Below the pieces are notes generated by a model. It saw nothing but the letters and a program-made list of their open reading frames with translations. It was not told the DNA's origin and made no database searches. This document shows positions 30,493-39,426 of a stretch of DNA of 64,000 nt, piece by piece. Every line of letters starts with the position of its first letter. The first letter of the stretch is position 1. Where the stretch lies: the IMG/VR virus record IMGVR_UViG_2820362221_000001, positions 1-64,000 of that record; one strand, written 5' to 3'. A program made the position numbers and the translations under genes. Origin of the DNA: an uncultured virus (IMG/VR IMGVR_UViG_2820362221_000001). Taxonomy: Duplodnaviria; Heunggongvirae; Uroviricota; Caudoviricetes.

Positions 30493-30909
30493 TTACGCTG
30501 AATAAAACTGTTCTAAAAACGCCTGCGGTGATATTGCCGGAACCGGCGATCCTATAAAATCATCCAAATTACGGGTAATTATATAATCAAGTTTATATCG
30601 TTTACTCCCGAAAGCAAGCAGCGCGTCTTCATAATCATTTATACTGGAATCAAGCGCGTTCTTAACGTCAGTAACGGTAACGTCCATCACTTTTAAATTG
30701 TCGGTCAGCTTTTTAAGGATTTCTTTCACGAATTCGCTGGTTTTACCAAACCGCCGCATCACAAAAAAAATGTCGGTGGTCTGGTTTGTAGTTATATGCC
30801 CTGTTAATTGTCCGGGACAAAGCCGGAGAACTTCGTCAGAAAATTCAAAATGAGGTTCGCGTTTCATAAACACATCAAGTATGATGTTTGTGTCAATCAA
30901 GACTTTCAT
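30493..30909 (-). CDS. PIN-domain (VapC-like) toxin
   Basis: 'MKVLIDTNIILD','DYEDAL','IITRNLDDF'. Confidence 0.9.
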   Translation of the reverse strand: MKVLIDTNIILDVFMKREPHFEFSDEVLRLCPGQLTGHITTNQTTDIFFVMRRFGKTSEFVKEILKKLTDNLKVMDVTVTDVKNALDSSINDYEDALLAFGSKRYKLDYIITRNLDDFIGSPVPAISPQAFLEQFYSA

Positions 30910-31132
30910 ATTTTTTTGCCAGCCTTTCCGCTTTAAATTGTTTGATGTCGATATCTTCGCCATCCCATGGAACGATACCAATCAGTTCATCCACCCAGCT
31001 TTCCTTTGACTTGGGTGCGGTTAGTACGGCAATGTTCGTACCATTTTTGGTAATGTGGATTTCTTCGCGTCGGGCAAGCGAGAGGTATTTGCCGAGATTT
31101 GCTTTGAAGTCGGTTGCTGTGATTTGCATCAT
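30893..31132 (-). CDS. Phd/YefM-family antitoxin
   Basis: 'ITATDFKANLGKYL....EEIHITKNG'; overlaps PIN start; RBS aaaggag. Confidence 0.88.
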   Translation of the reverse strand: MMQITATDFKANLGKYLSLARREEIHITKNGTNIAVLTAPKSKESWVDELIGIVPWDGEDIDIKQFKAERLAKKYESLD

Positions 31133-31165
31133 GATAAAAAACTCCTTTCGTTTGATACTATTTAT

Positions 31166-31194
31166 ATTATACTCAAATCGGACGAAAATGTCAA
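31166..31194 (-). promoter_or_regulatory. Consensus sigma-A promoter of TA operon
   Basis: TTGACA-N17-TATAAT on minus strand. Confidence 0.8.
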
Positions 31195-31326
31195 GAGCAA
31201 ATAATATATCGGACGGTAGAAAGTAGGGGTGATTACATCTCCACAACTTTCCAGTAGGACAGCGGGTGCGGCGTTTCGCGTGAATTTCCCCCTTTATCAA
31301 AAATTTTTCGGCTGGAGGTGATTGTC

Positions 31327-31860
31327 ATGCCGAGCGGCGGTAAGCGTCCGGGGGCTGGGAGACCGAGAAAACCCCTCACAGCGCGGATAGAAGAAGGAAT
31401 CGGCACAGTCAGCCACAGGAAGCCCAAGGTTCTGGAGTTCCCGGAAAATAATCAAAATTCAAAAATTCAAAATAATCAAAAATCAAAACTGCCGACGTTT
31501 CTCGAAATGTCGAGTAAGGAAGGCAGCGACGATTTGCCATCCGCGATGGCGATATACGAACAGACGCTCGATTGGGTTATAGGCACGGGCTGTGAGAAGT
31601 TCGTGCCGGTACAGCTTATTGAGGATTTCGCGTTCACACGGCGAAGTTATATCGAATGCGAGTACATGAATAAAAAATTAGGTCGCGTAGTACAGGGCGG
31701 CAAAATATCGCCATATGTTAAATCCGCGCTCGAATATATGAAACAGACAACGGCGTTCTACCGCGAGATATGGTCGATAGTAGCGCAAAATTCAACAACT
31801 GATTTCAACGGGAACGGCAGTAATGCTTTTCTCGAAATGTTAAAAAACAGAGGATTTTAG
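31327..31860 (+). CDS. terS: Terminase small subunit (P27-like)
   Basis: 'GGKRPGAGRPRK' N-terminus, 'SPYV', position after HNH and candidate cos. Confidence 0.8.
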   Translation: MPSGGKRPGAGRPRKPLTARIEEGIGTVSHRKPKVLEFPENNQNSKIQNNQKSKLPTFLEMSSKEGSDDLPSAMAIYEQTLDWVIGTGCEKFVPVQLIEDFAFTRRSYIECEYMNKKLGRVVQGGKISPYVKSALEYMKQTTAFYREIWSIVAQNSTTDFNGNGSNAFLEMLKNRGF

Positions 31861-31863
31861 AAT

Positions 31864-33105
31864 ATGCAATCAACAGAGAGATTTGAAAAAGTTAATATAG
31901 ACCGGCTCGTGCCGTATGTGCGGAATGCCCGGACTCACAGCAAAGAACAAATATTACAGCTTCGCTCATCATTACGGGAATTCGGATTTGTTAATCCGGT
32001 CATAGTGGATAAAGACTATAACATCATTGCGGGTCACGGTCGTATAATAGCGGCGAAAGCAGAGGGACTGACTGAAGTCCCGTGCGTATTCGTGGAGCAT
32101 CTGACCGAGGCGCAGAAAAAAGCATATATCCTTGCGGACAATCGGCTCGCCATGAATGCCGGTTGGGACGACGAATTATTGACTCTTGAATTTACAGACC
32201 TAAAAGACCTCGGCTTTGATGTCGAACTGACCGGTTTTGATACAAAAGAAATAGAAAAGTTATTCGCTGCCGGAAACGGCGACGCGCAGGAAGACGAATT
32301 TGACGTCGACGCGGAACTCGATAAACCTATGTTTTCAAAACTTGGAGATATATGGACGCTCGGTCGGCATCGCGTTATATGCGGCGACAGCACAAAAGCT
32401 GATATATACGGTACACTTATGCAAGGTAAGCAGGCAAATCTTATCGTGACCGATCCGCCGTATGGCATAGATTACCAAGGCACGGCGGGAAAAATCAAAA
32501 ATGACAAATTTAATACCGACGAAAAGTTTTATGATTTTTTATTCGCTGCGTTTAAAAATATGGAATCCGCTCTTGCCAGCGATGGCGCGGCTTATGTTTT
32601 TCATGCTGACAGCAAAGGGCTAACATTCCGAAAAGCATTTGACGATGCAGGTTTCAAGTTGTCCGGTGCGTGTATATGGGTTAAAAACACATTCACGCTC
32701 GGTCGGAGCGATTATCAATGGTGTCACGAACCTTGCCTGTATGGTTGGAAAAAGTCGGGTAAACATATATGGTACGGCGACAGAAAGCAGTCCACCATTT
32801 GGAACTGCGACAAACCGTCGCGTTCAGAGAAACATCCGACCATGAAACCCGTGCCGTTGTTGGCAATACCAATTACAAACTCCACGCAGACAAACGGCAT
32901 CGTGCTTGAACCGTTCGGCGGTTCGGGAAGTACCCTCATTTGTTGCGAGCAGCTTGGGCGTATATGTTATGTTATTGAGTTAGACGAAAAATTTGTGGAT
33001 GTTATTGTGAACAGATATATAGAAACCATCGGAAACGCTGACGGCGTCTTTTTGGAACGCGGCGGCGCAACTATTCCTTATTCGGAGGTGGCAGCCGATG
33101 GATAA
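31864..33105 (+). CDS. ParB-N domain fused to N6A/N4C DNA methyltransferase
   Basis: 'NARTHS','IIAGHGR','DPPY','HPTMKP','EPFGGSGST'. Confidence 0.9.
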   Translation: MQSTERFEKVNIDRLVPYVRNARTHSKEQILQLRSSLREFGFVNPVIVDKDYNIIAGHGRIIAAKAEGLTEVPCVFVEHLTEAQKKAYILADNRLAMNAGWDDELLTLEFTDLKDLGFDVELTGFDTKEIEKLFAAGNGDAQEDEFDVDAELDKPMFSKLGDIWTLGRHRVICGDSTKADIYGTLMQGKQANLIVTDPPYGIDYQGTAGKIKNDKFNTDEKFYDFLFAAFKNMESALASDGAAYVFHADSKGLTFRKAFDDAGFKLSGACIWVKNTFTLGRSDYQWCHEPCLYGWKKSGKHIWYGDRKQSTIWNCDKPSRSEKHPTMKPVPLLAIPITNSTQTNGIVLEPFGGSGSTLICCEQLGRICYVIELDEKFVDVIVNRYIETIGNADGVFLERGGATIPYSEVAADG

Positions 33106-35104
33106 AAAATTAACGCTTGGTTCGCTTTTCGACGGGAGCGGAGGTTTCCCACTCGGCGGGCTGCTCTGCGGTATAGAACCGCTTTGGGCTTCGGAAGTTG
33201 AACCGTTCCCGATTCGTGTCACGACAAAACGGCTGTCGAACGTAAAACATTACGGCGATATAAATAAAATAGACGGCGCAACAGTCCCGCCCGTGGATAT
33301 CATCACGGCGGGTTTTTGCTGTCAGGATTTATCGGTGGCGGGCAATCGCGCCGGACTCCATGGCGAAAGGTCGGGGCTGTTTTTTCAGGTGATACGCATC
33401 ATAAAAGAAATGCGGGTTGCTACAAATAACAAATACCCGACATTCGCCGTTTTGGAAAACGTGCCGGGTATGTATTCGAGTAATAATGGTTTGGATTTTT
33501 TGGAGGTACTCAATGAACTCATCAAAATCAAAAACGAAACCCTGTCAGTATATCTGCCTGAAAATGGCAAATGGTCAACGGCGGGCGAGGTCGTGGGAGA
33601 CGGTTTCTCAGTCGGCTGGCGGACGCTTGACGCTCAATTTTGGGGAGTCGCCCAGAGACGCCGCCGTTGTTACATTGTCGTCGATTTTACAGGCGAACGC
33701 GCCGGGGAAATACTATTTGACGAGTCGCGCCTGCGAAGGAATCCTCCGCAGAGCGGCTTCGCGCGGCAAGCAACTGCCGGAGATTCTGCGGCTGGCGTTG
33801 GAAGCGCAGTCAATGTGCTGAACGATCAGGGCGGTTCATTCATGGATATATCCGAAGAGGTAACTGGTACGCTGCGGTCGCAGGAACACGGGCATCAGCC
33901 GATAGTGTTTGAACCCGGCATTACCGCCCGTCTCGGACGCAAAGGAAGCATAAATATTTCTTCCACGCTTCGCGCAGATATGGGCGATAATCAGACGGCG
34001 GTCGCTATCCCCATAAACACGCAAGTCGGACTCCGAAACCACAAGGACGGGGACGGCACAGGGCTTGGCGTTGGTGAAGATGGGGATTCAGCTTACACCA
34101 TTCAAGCCGGGCATTCCCATGCCGTAGCGATAGAAAACCGTCCGCAGGATAGCCGCGTGAAAATAAATGAGGACGGCGTTGTTCAAACTCTCGACGCCCG
34201 AATGGGTATGGGCGGCGGGAACGTACCGCTCGTAATGAATGAACGGCAATACGCTCTGACGGTCGGCGAGGATGTTGCGAATACCCTCACCGGCACGGAT
34301 TTCAAAGGAACTCAATGCGTGTTCGAGCCGAAAACTCTAAAAATTAGGTGTGGTCAGGGAAAAGGTGGAAAGGGGGCGTTGGTGCAGGATAATATGTCTG
34401 CAACGCTGTCTACAAGTAACGACCAGACCGTATTTGTTCCGAAAGTTTATGGTATATGTTCAAAAAACAGTAATTCCATGAAATCGGCGAATCCGCATAG
34501 CGGGATTTACGAAGCGGAAACGGCACGAACGCTCGATACAACAATACCCGACCCGAACAAGAACGCGGGCGGCATGGCAGTAGTATCGGTGCAGGGCTCT
34601 ATGATAGGTCGAAAGCCGGAAAACGGTCCCCAAGGGAGCGGCATTGGCGATGATGTCAGTTTTACCTTAACCGAAGCTGACAGACACAGCATCGCTTATT
34701 CGATGACGTGCGGAAGTTACACGCAAGTCTGCGAAGAAAAATCTCCGACATTAATGAGCCGGGATTATAAGGATGCGCCTGTTGTCGTATCAAAAAACCA
34801 ATATATTGTCCGTAGGCTCACTCCGATTGAATGCGCTCTTTTACAAGGATTCCCACCCGATTGGTGTTCGGGACTTGAAACATCCGAACCGACCGATGAG
34901 GATATATCGTTCTGGTCGGAGATTTGGGAAACGCATCGTAATATAACAGGTACTTCAAATAAACCGAAAAGCCGCAATCAGATAATCAAGTGGCTGAAAA
35001 ACCCACACAGCGATTCTGCTGAATACAAAATGTGGGGTAACGGAGTCGCGCTGCCCTGCGTGATTTTTGTCCTTGACGGGATTGTGAAACAAGCGGAATT
35101 ATAG
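33098..35104 (+). CDS. DNA cytosine-C5 methyltransferase with expanded variable region
   Basis: 'SLFDGSGG','GFCCQDLS','ENVPG','QRRRR','RRLTPIECALLQGFP','GNGV'. Confidence 0.9.
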   Translation: MDKKLTLGSLFDGSGGFPLGGLLCGIEPLWASEVEPFPIRVTTKRLSNVKHYGDINKIDGATVPPVDIITAGFCCQDLSVAGNRAGLHGERSGLFFQVIRIIKEMRVATNNKYPTFAVLENVPGMYSSNNGLDFLEVLNELIKIKNETLSVYLPENGKWSTAGEVVGDGFSVGWRTLDAQFWGVAQRRRRCYIVVDFTGERAGEILFDESRLRRNPPQSGFARQATAGDSAAGVGSAVNVLNDQGGSFMDISEEVTGTLRSQEHGHQPIVFEPGITARLGRKGSINISSTLRADMGDNQTAVAIPINTQVGLRNHKDGDGTGLGVGEDGDSAYTIQAGHSHAVAIENRPQDSRVKINEDGVVQTLDARMGMGGGNVPLVMNERQYALTVGEDVANTLTGTDFKGTQCVFEPKTLKIRCGQGKGGKGALVQDNMSATLSTSNDQTVFVPKVYGICSKNSNSMKSANPHSGIYEAETARTLDTTIPDPNKNAGGMAVVSVQGSMIGRKPENGPQGSGIGDDVSFTLTEADRHSIAYSMTCGSYTQVCEEKSPTLMSRDYKDAPVVVSKNQYIVRRLTPIECALLQGFPPDWCSGLETSEPTDEDISFWSEIWETHRNITGTSNKPKSRNQIIKWLKNPHSDSAEYKMWGNGVALPCVIFVLDGIVKQAEL

Positions 35105-35115
35105 AGTATTTGGTT

Positions 35116-36072
35116 TTATTTTGAATCTATTTTACCAATACATTTAACTTCAATTAAAAATTCATCATCTGATATGTCGCTTTTCGCTAATTCTAAAATC
35201 CATTTATTTTCCGGGAATTCAGCCCATAGGTTCATTTTATCAGAAAATGCACTAATTCCCATACCCCATGGAATATCATGTTCTTGAATGTCGTTTTTTT
35301 TATCGTCTAATACATTAATTGAATCAGATATTTCTTGTTTATTTGGAAATGTATCGCCATCTTTTAAAATAGAATGTTCTGTACATTTAAATATACTTTG
35401 TTTTTCAAATAATAATAACGCGTGACGCCAATTTAACAATTCATATTCGGCGTTATATTCTAAGTCAGGAATAAATAAATATGGATTTTTTGTCAAACAA
35501 TGTCCATATTCATAGTAATTATCGTTTTCTTTTTCTAATAATTCATTGAATATTTTCGTAAATTCTTTCTTTGATTTATCTATATACTCTTTGAAAATTT
35601 TTATTAAAGTTTTAAAGTTTGAGATGAATCTATCAATGGCGATTAAACATGAAAACCCCAATAATATCCCTTCCGCTTCAGATTTAATCAAATCAACATC
35701 TTTAATAGCATTACTTATAACCAAATACATATATACAGCAAAACAAAAACATTTTACTATATACGGTATCATAAGATAAAATTTATCGCCTTTCATATCA
35801 TCGTAAAAGAATTCTCTGATTATTTTTATTTTTAATAATAATGGGAGTATTAATTCTGGAAATACAATAAGAAGAATTGAGATTTCAAGTATTACATAAA
35901 AAATATATTTATCTGGATTTGATATTACTTGGGTTTGTAACTTCAATAAAGGAAGTGTCGAAATCATACAATAACACAATACTACAATATAAAAAATTAT
36001 GTAATTTCGCACTCTGACTTTTTTTGTTTTATTAGGCTCTAAATCGTTTTTTTTATTCATATAATTCACCAT
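35116..36072 (-). CDS. Low-GC membrane protein (about 4 TM plus soluble C-terminus), moron
   Basis: 318-aa ORF with hydrophobic segments; antisense to phage genes; AT-rich. Confidence 0.65.
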   Translation of the reverse strand: MVNYMNKKNDLEPNKTKKVRVRNYIIFYIVVLCYCMISTLPLLKLQTQVISNPDKYIFYVILEISILLIVFPELILPLLLKIKIIREFFYDDMKGDKFYLMIPYIVKCFCFAVYMYLVISNAIKDVDLIKSEAEGILLGFSCLIAIDRFISNFKTLIKIFKEYIDKSKKEFTKIFNELLEKENDNYYEYGHCLTKNPYLFIPDLEYNAEYELLNWRHALLLFEKQSIFKCTEHSILKDGDTFPNKQEISDSINVLDDKKNDIQEHDIPWGMGISAFSDKMNLWAEFPENKWILELAKSDISDDEFLIEVKCIGKIDSK

Positions 36073-36366
36073 TTTTTATATATCTGTAAATCAAGTATCA
36101 TTTATATAATACATTCAATATATGCATAAATATAACATAAAAAATATTTTCAGTCAAGATATTTCAAATAATTCAACGAATTAGCCGACTATAAATTATT
36201 AATGTTGCCATTGTCTAATATATACGGCTCTATACTGTTATTTTCCTTGATATTTGGTACATTTATTATGCGTAAATGCCTTGCTATTATTATGTTTTTA
36301 TGGCAATATGTGATTAGCAGAAGGCACAAAGCCTACGCAAAATCAAACAAAAACGGAGGGAAAAAC

Positions 36367-37200
36367 ATGAAAATCAATTACAATGTAACTGGCAGCGAAC
36401 GCAAATCATTAGTGGCTGCAATTACCCAAGAATTAAACACCCCAAGTAAATACCTCGGCGCACCGACATTCGCTTACGAAGTCGGCGGTTACCATATCGA
36501 CAAAAACGGTACGCTCACGGGAGAGGAGGACAACCCCGGACTGGTCGCAGACCTTTGCGGGCTACACAGTTTCACAGCAGTCAGCGAAGAATATGATGAA
36601 CCGACCGAAACGACGGAAACCCCTGCTTTTGAGAATTTACATATGACCGAACGTGAGGAATTGGGGCTTGGGCAGGAACGCCGCGACCCCATCGGAGAGA
36701 ACGGAATGCAGGCGGGCGATGTTCCCGACCCCGACGCCAATGACAGCAACAAGCTGACGATTGAAATTCCATTGGACGGTTTCAACGATAAATCGATAGA
36801 AAATCTCGGAGAAATCGTAGCCAGTAAAAATCGGCTCATAAAAAAAGCACTCGGCACAAATAGTCTGCGGATTGATACGACCGACGATAAATTGCTATTC
36901 CCATGGTTTACCTTAACGGGTACAGATGGCGAAGTAGAGGCTTATTCCGCTTTTGTCAGCCTGCTCTGCAAAACGGCGAAAGAGAAAAAGCACATCACGG
37001 CAAAAGAAAAAGATGTCGGGGACAATCCAAAATACGCAATGCGGTGCTTTCTGCTGAGTTTGGGCTTTATCGGCGACGAATACAAAACGGCACGGAAAAT
37101 CCTGCTTTCCAACCTTGAGGGAAATTCAAGCTGGGGCAGTAACGAAGCCTACACCGCAATGCAGGAACAGCGTCGTAAGACGGCAACTGAATCTGAATAA
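36367..37200 (+). CDS. Phage 'virulence-related' hypothetical protein
   Basis: 'YLGAPTFAYEVG','NPKYAMRCFLLSLGFIGDEYK.ARKILL.NLEGNS'; RBS ggagg. Confidence 0.7.
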   Translation: MKINYNVTGSERKSLVAAITQELNTPSKYLGAPTFAYEVGGYHIDKNGTLTGEEDNPGLVADLCGLHSFTAVSEEYDEPTETTETPAFENLHMTEREELGLGQERRDPIGENGMQAGDVPDPDANDSNKLTIEIPLDGFNDKSIENLGEIVASKNRLIKKALGTNSLRIDTTDDKLLFPWFTLTGTDGEVEAYSAFVSLLCKTAKEKKHITAKEKDVGDNPKYAMRCFLLSLGFIGDEYKTARKILLSNLEGNSSWGSNEAYTAMQEQRRKTATESE

Positions 37201-37342
37201 TCGGCAATTTATGTACACACATAGTTATCAATATATATCGCATAATTGACTTGCTATTCCCGTTTTTTTATGGCAATATGGTACTAACGAAAAAGGGAGA
37301 AAACCCCTGTAAAACCAAGAAAAAACGAGGAGAAAAAGAAAA

Positions 37343-38245
37343 ATGTTCAACAGTAGATTTGGCATAGAAGTAGAGTTCACAGGGATAACGAGGACACAGG
37401 CGGCGAGGGTTGTTGCCGATTACCTTAACGGAACGGTCAGCGCGACACACGATTATTACGATACGCAAAAGGTCGCCGCTCCGGACGGCAGGGTTTGGAA
37501 AATCATGTCCGACGCAAGCGTCAAATCCCAAAGGAAAGACCACGGCAGGACAATCGACGCAGGCAGCGAATACAAGGTTGAACTGGTCAGCCCGATACTT
37601 ACCTACCGCGATGACATAGACACCCTGCAGGAACTTATCCGCAGGCTGCGGAAAGCGGGCGGTTTCGCCAACAGCAGTTCGGGGATTCACATACACCTCG
37701 ACGGCGCGAACCACACTCCGAAAAGCATCAAAAACTTCATAAACATCATCGCAAGCAAAAACGACCTTTTTTACAAGGCACTCCAAATTGAGCCGGACAG
37801 AATGCGGTTTTGCAAAAAGATGGACAGTTATTTGGTAGAGCGAATGAACCAACGCAGACCGCAAACCCTGTCGCAGATAGAAAACATTTGGTACGAGGGA
37901 TACAACGGAAGCCGCAATCAGCATTACCACGACAGCCGATACCATTTTCTGAACCTGCACAGCTTTTTCGGCGGCAACCATACGGTCGAACTTCGAGGCT
38001 TCAACAGCGAACTCCACGCAGGAAAGATACGGTCGTACATAGTCCTCGCATTGGCGCTCAACCAACAAGCGTTGACACAAAAGAGTGCGTCAGCGCGAAA
38101 ACCGCAGACCGACAATGAAAAATTCGCCATGAGGACGTACCTGAACCGAGTCGGATTCATCGGAGAGGAGTTCAAAAACTGCCGCGAACACCTCTGCAAG
38201 CACCTTTCAGGGTCGGCGGCATGGCGTTACCGGACAACCGTTTAA
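37343..38245 (+). CDS. Amidoligase (COOH-NH2 ligase type 2)
   Basis: 'FGIEVEF','ELVSPIL','GIHIHL','RYHFLN','TVELRGFN'. Confidence 0.88.
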   Translation: MFNSRFGIEVEFTGITRTQAARVVADYLNGTVSATHDYYDTQKVAAPDGRVWKIMSDASVKSQRKDHGRTIDAGSEYKVELVSPILTYRDDIDTLQELIRRLRKAGGFANSSSGIHIHLDGANHTPKSIKNFINIIASKNDLFYKALQIEPDRMRFCKKMDSYLVERMNQRRPQTLSQIENIWYEGYNGSRNQHYHDSRYHFLNLHSFFGGNHTVELRGFNSELHAGKIRSYIVLALALNQQALTQKSASARKPQTDNEKFAMRTYLNRVGFIGEEFKNCREHLCKHLSGSAAWRYRTTV

Positions 38246-38283
38246 CGGTAATACAATTATATAACATAAGGAGAAGAAAAATC

Positions 38284-38724
38284 ATGAACGGCGAAAACAA
38301 AATTTATGTGGCATACGGCAGCAACCTCAATTTAGAGCAAATGAAATTCCGCTGCCCATACGCAACGGTAATCGGCGGCGGTACGCTGCCGGATTATCAG
38401 CTTTTATTCAGAGGAGGCGACGGCGGTTCTGTGGCAACCGTAGAGCCGAAAAAAGACGGCAGCGTACCCGTGCTGCTTTGGGAGATAACCCCGCGAGACG
38501 AACAATCGCTTGACCGCTACGAGGGTTATCCGCATCTTTACCGCAAAGAAACGGTCGAGGTTCAATACGGCGAAAAATTAGTCGAAGCTATGGTGTATAT
38601 CATGAACGGGAACAGACCGCTTGGTACGCCAAGCGAATATTATTTGAACGCCATTTTGGAAGGATACGAGTCTGCGGATTTCGACAAGGAAGTATTGGAA
38701 CAGGCTGTACGGAATTCAAAATAA
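38284..38724 (+). CDS. Gamma-glutamylcyclotransferase (AIG2-like)
   Basis: 'YVAYGSNL','LDRYEGYP.LY'. Confidence 0.9.
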   Translation: MNGENKIYVAYGSNLNLEQMKFRCPYATVIGGGTLPDYQLLFRGGDGGSVATVEPKKDGSVPVLLWEITPRDEQSLDRYEGYPHLYRKETVEVQYGEKLVEAMVYIMNGNRPLGTPSEYYLNAILEGYESADFDKEVLEQAVRNSK

Positions 38725-38742
38725 CATTAAAATAACCGTCAT

Positions 38743-38770
38743 AAAAAGGGCTTCGCCGAAGCTCTTTTTT
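38743..38770 (+). terminator. Intrinsic terminator
   Basis: aaaaagggcttc gcc gaagctcttttt. Confidence 0.75.
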
Positions 38771-38906
38771 CGTTAAAAAATGTACACACATAAGTATCAA
38801 TATATAGCGTATAATTGACTTGCTATACTCCGCAGCCTATGGTAATATGTAATCAGCGGAAGGGAAAAATCCCCGCAAAACCATATGAAAACGGAGGATT
38901 CACGAA

Positions 38907-39314
38907 ATGAAAAGAACAGAGGAAATCAAAAACCAATTAGCGTACATCGAAACCCGCAAAGTCCGCGCCCTTAAACATTACGAGGAGACAATCGCTAAAA
39001 TAGACCAAGAGGCGGCAGACCTTCAAGCCGAACTCGAAAACATCAAAATCGCCGAAAAAATCGCCCGCAATACCCCCAAAACGATAGGCGCGTTTACACA
39101 GACAAACGAAAAAATCACAATTACTTTCGGCGGCTGGGACGGTCGGAGCTACAATGGCGAAGGCGTTAACTTGAGGATATGGACAAACAAACATTACCCG
39201 GATAAAAGATTTGTAAAATCCAGTCACTACGGCGGAGTATTCCATGAAGTATTAGACGATAAACACGAAAAAAGCGGTTTAACCGAAGTGACATATTTTG
39301 CGGACTGCAAATAA
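38907..39314 (+). CDS. Hypothetical protein (coiled-coil N-terminus)
   Basis: Own promoter copy and RBS ggagg. Confidence 0.7.
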   Translation: MKRTEEIKNQLAYIETRKVRALKHYEETIAKIDQEAADLQAELENIKIAEKIARNTPKTIGAFTQTNEKITITFGGWDGRSYNGEGVNLRIWTNKHYPDKRFVKSSHYGGVFHEVLDDKHEKSGLTEVTYFADCK

Positions 39315-39426
39315 TAACCGAATATTACATCGAAAATACCGAGAACTGCCCGAAAGGGTTGTATCTCGTAGATATAGATTTCATAAGACTTTTTATAGGT
39401 CTTTTTTTATTTTATGGGAGTTTCCA

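Noticed and set aside
31445..31490. Short A-rich tandem repeat in terS
   Set aside because: Low-complexity linker (NNQNSKIQNNQKSK); frame preserved.
39298..39426. Long N-terminal extensions in the ORF track (terL, also portal, TMP, PolA, PIN, Phd)
   Set aside because: Downstream starts have RBSs and family-typical N-termini; extensions cross terminators, promoters or neighbouring genes.
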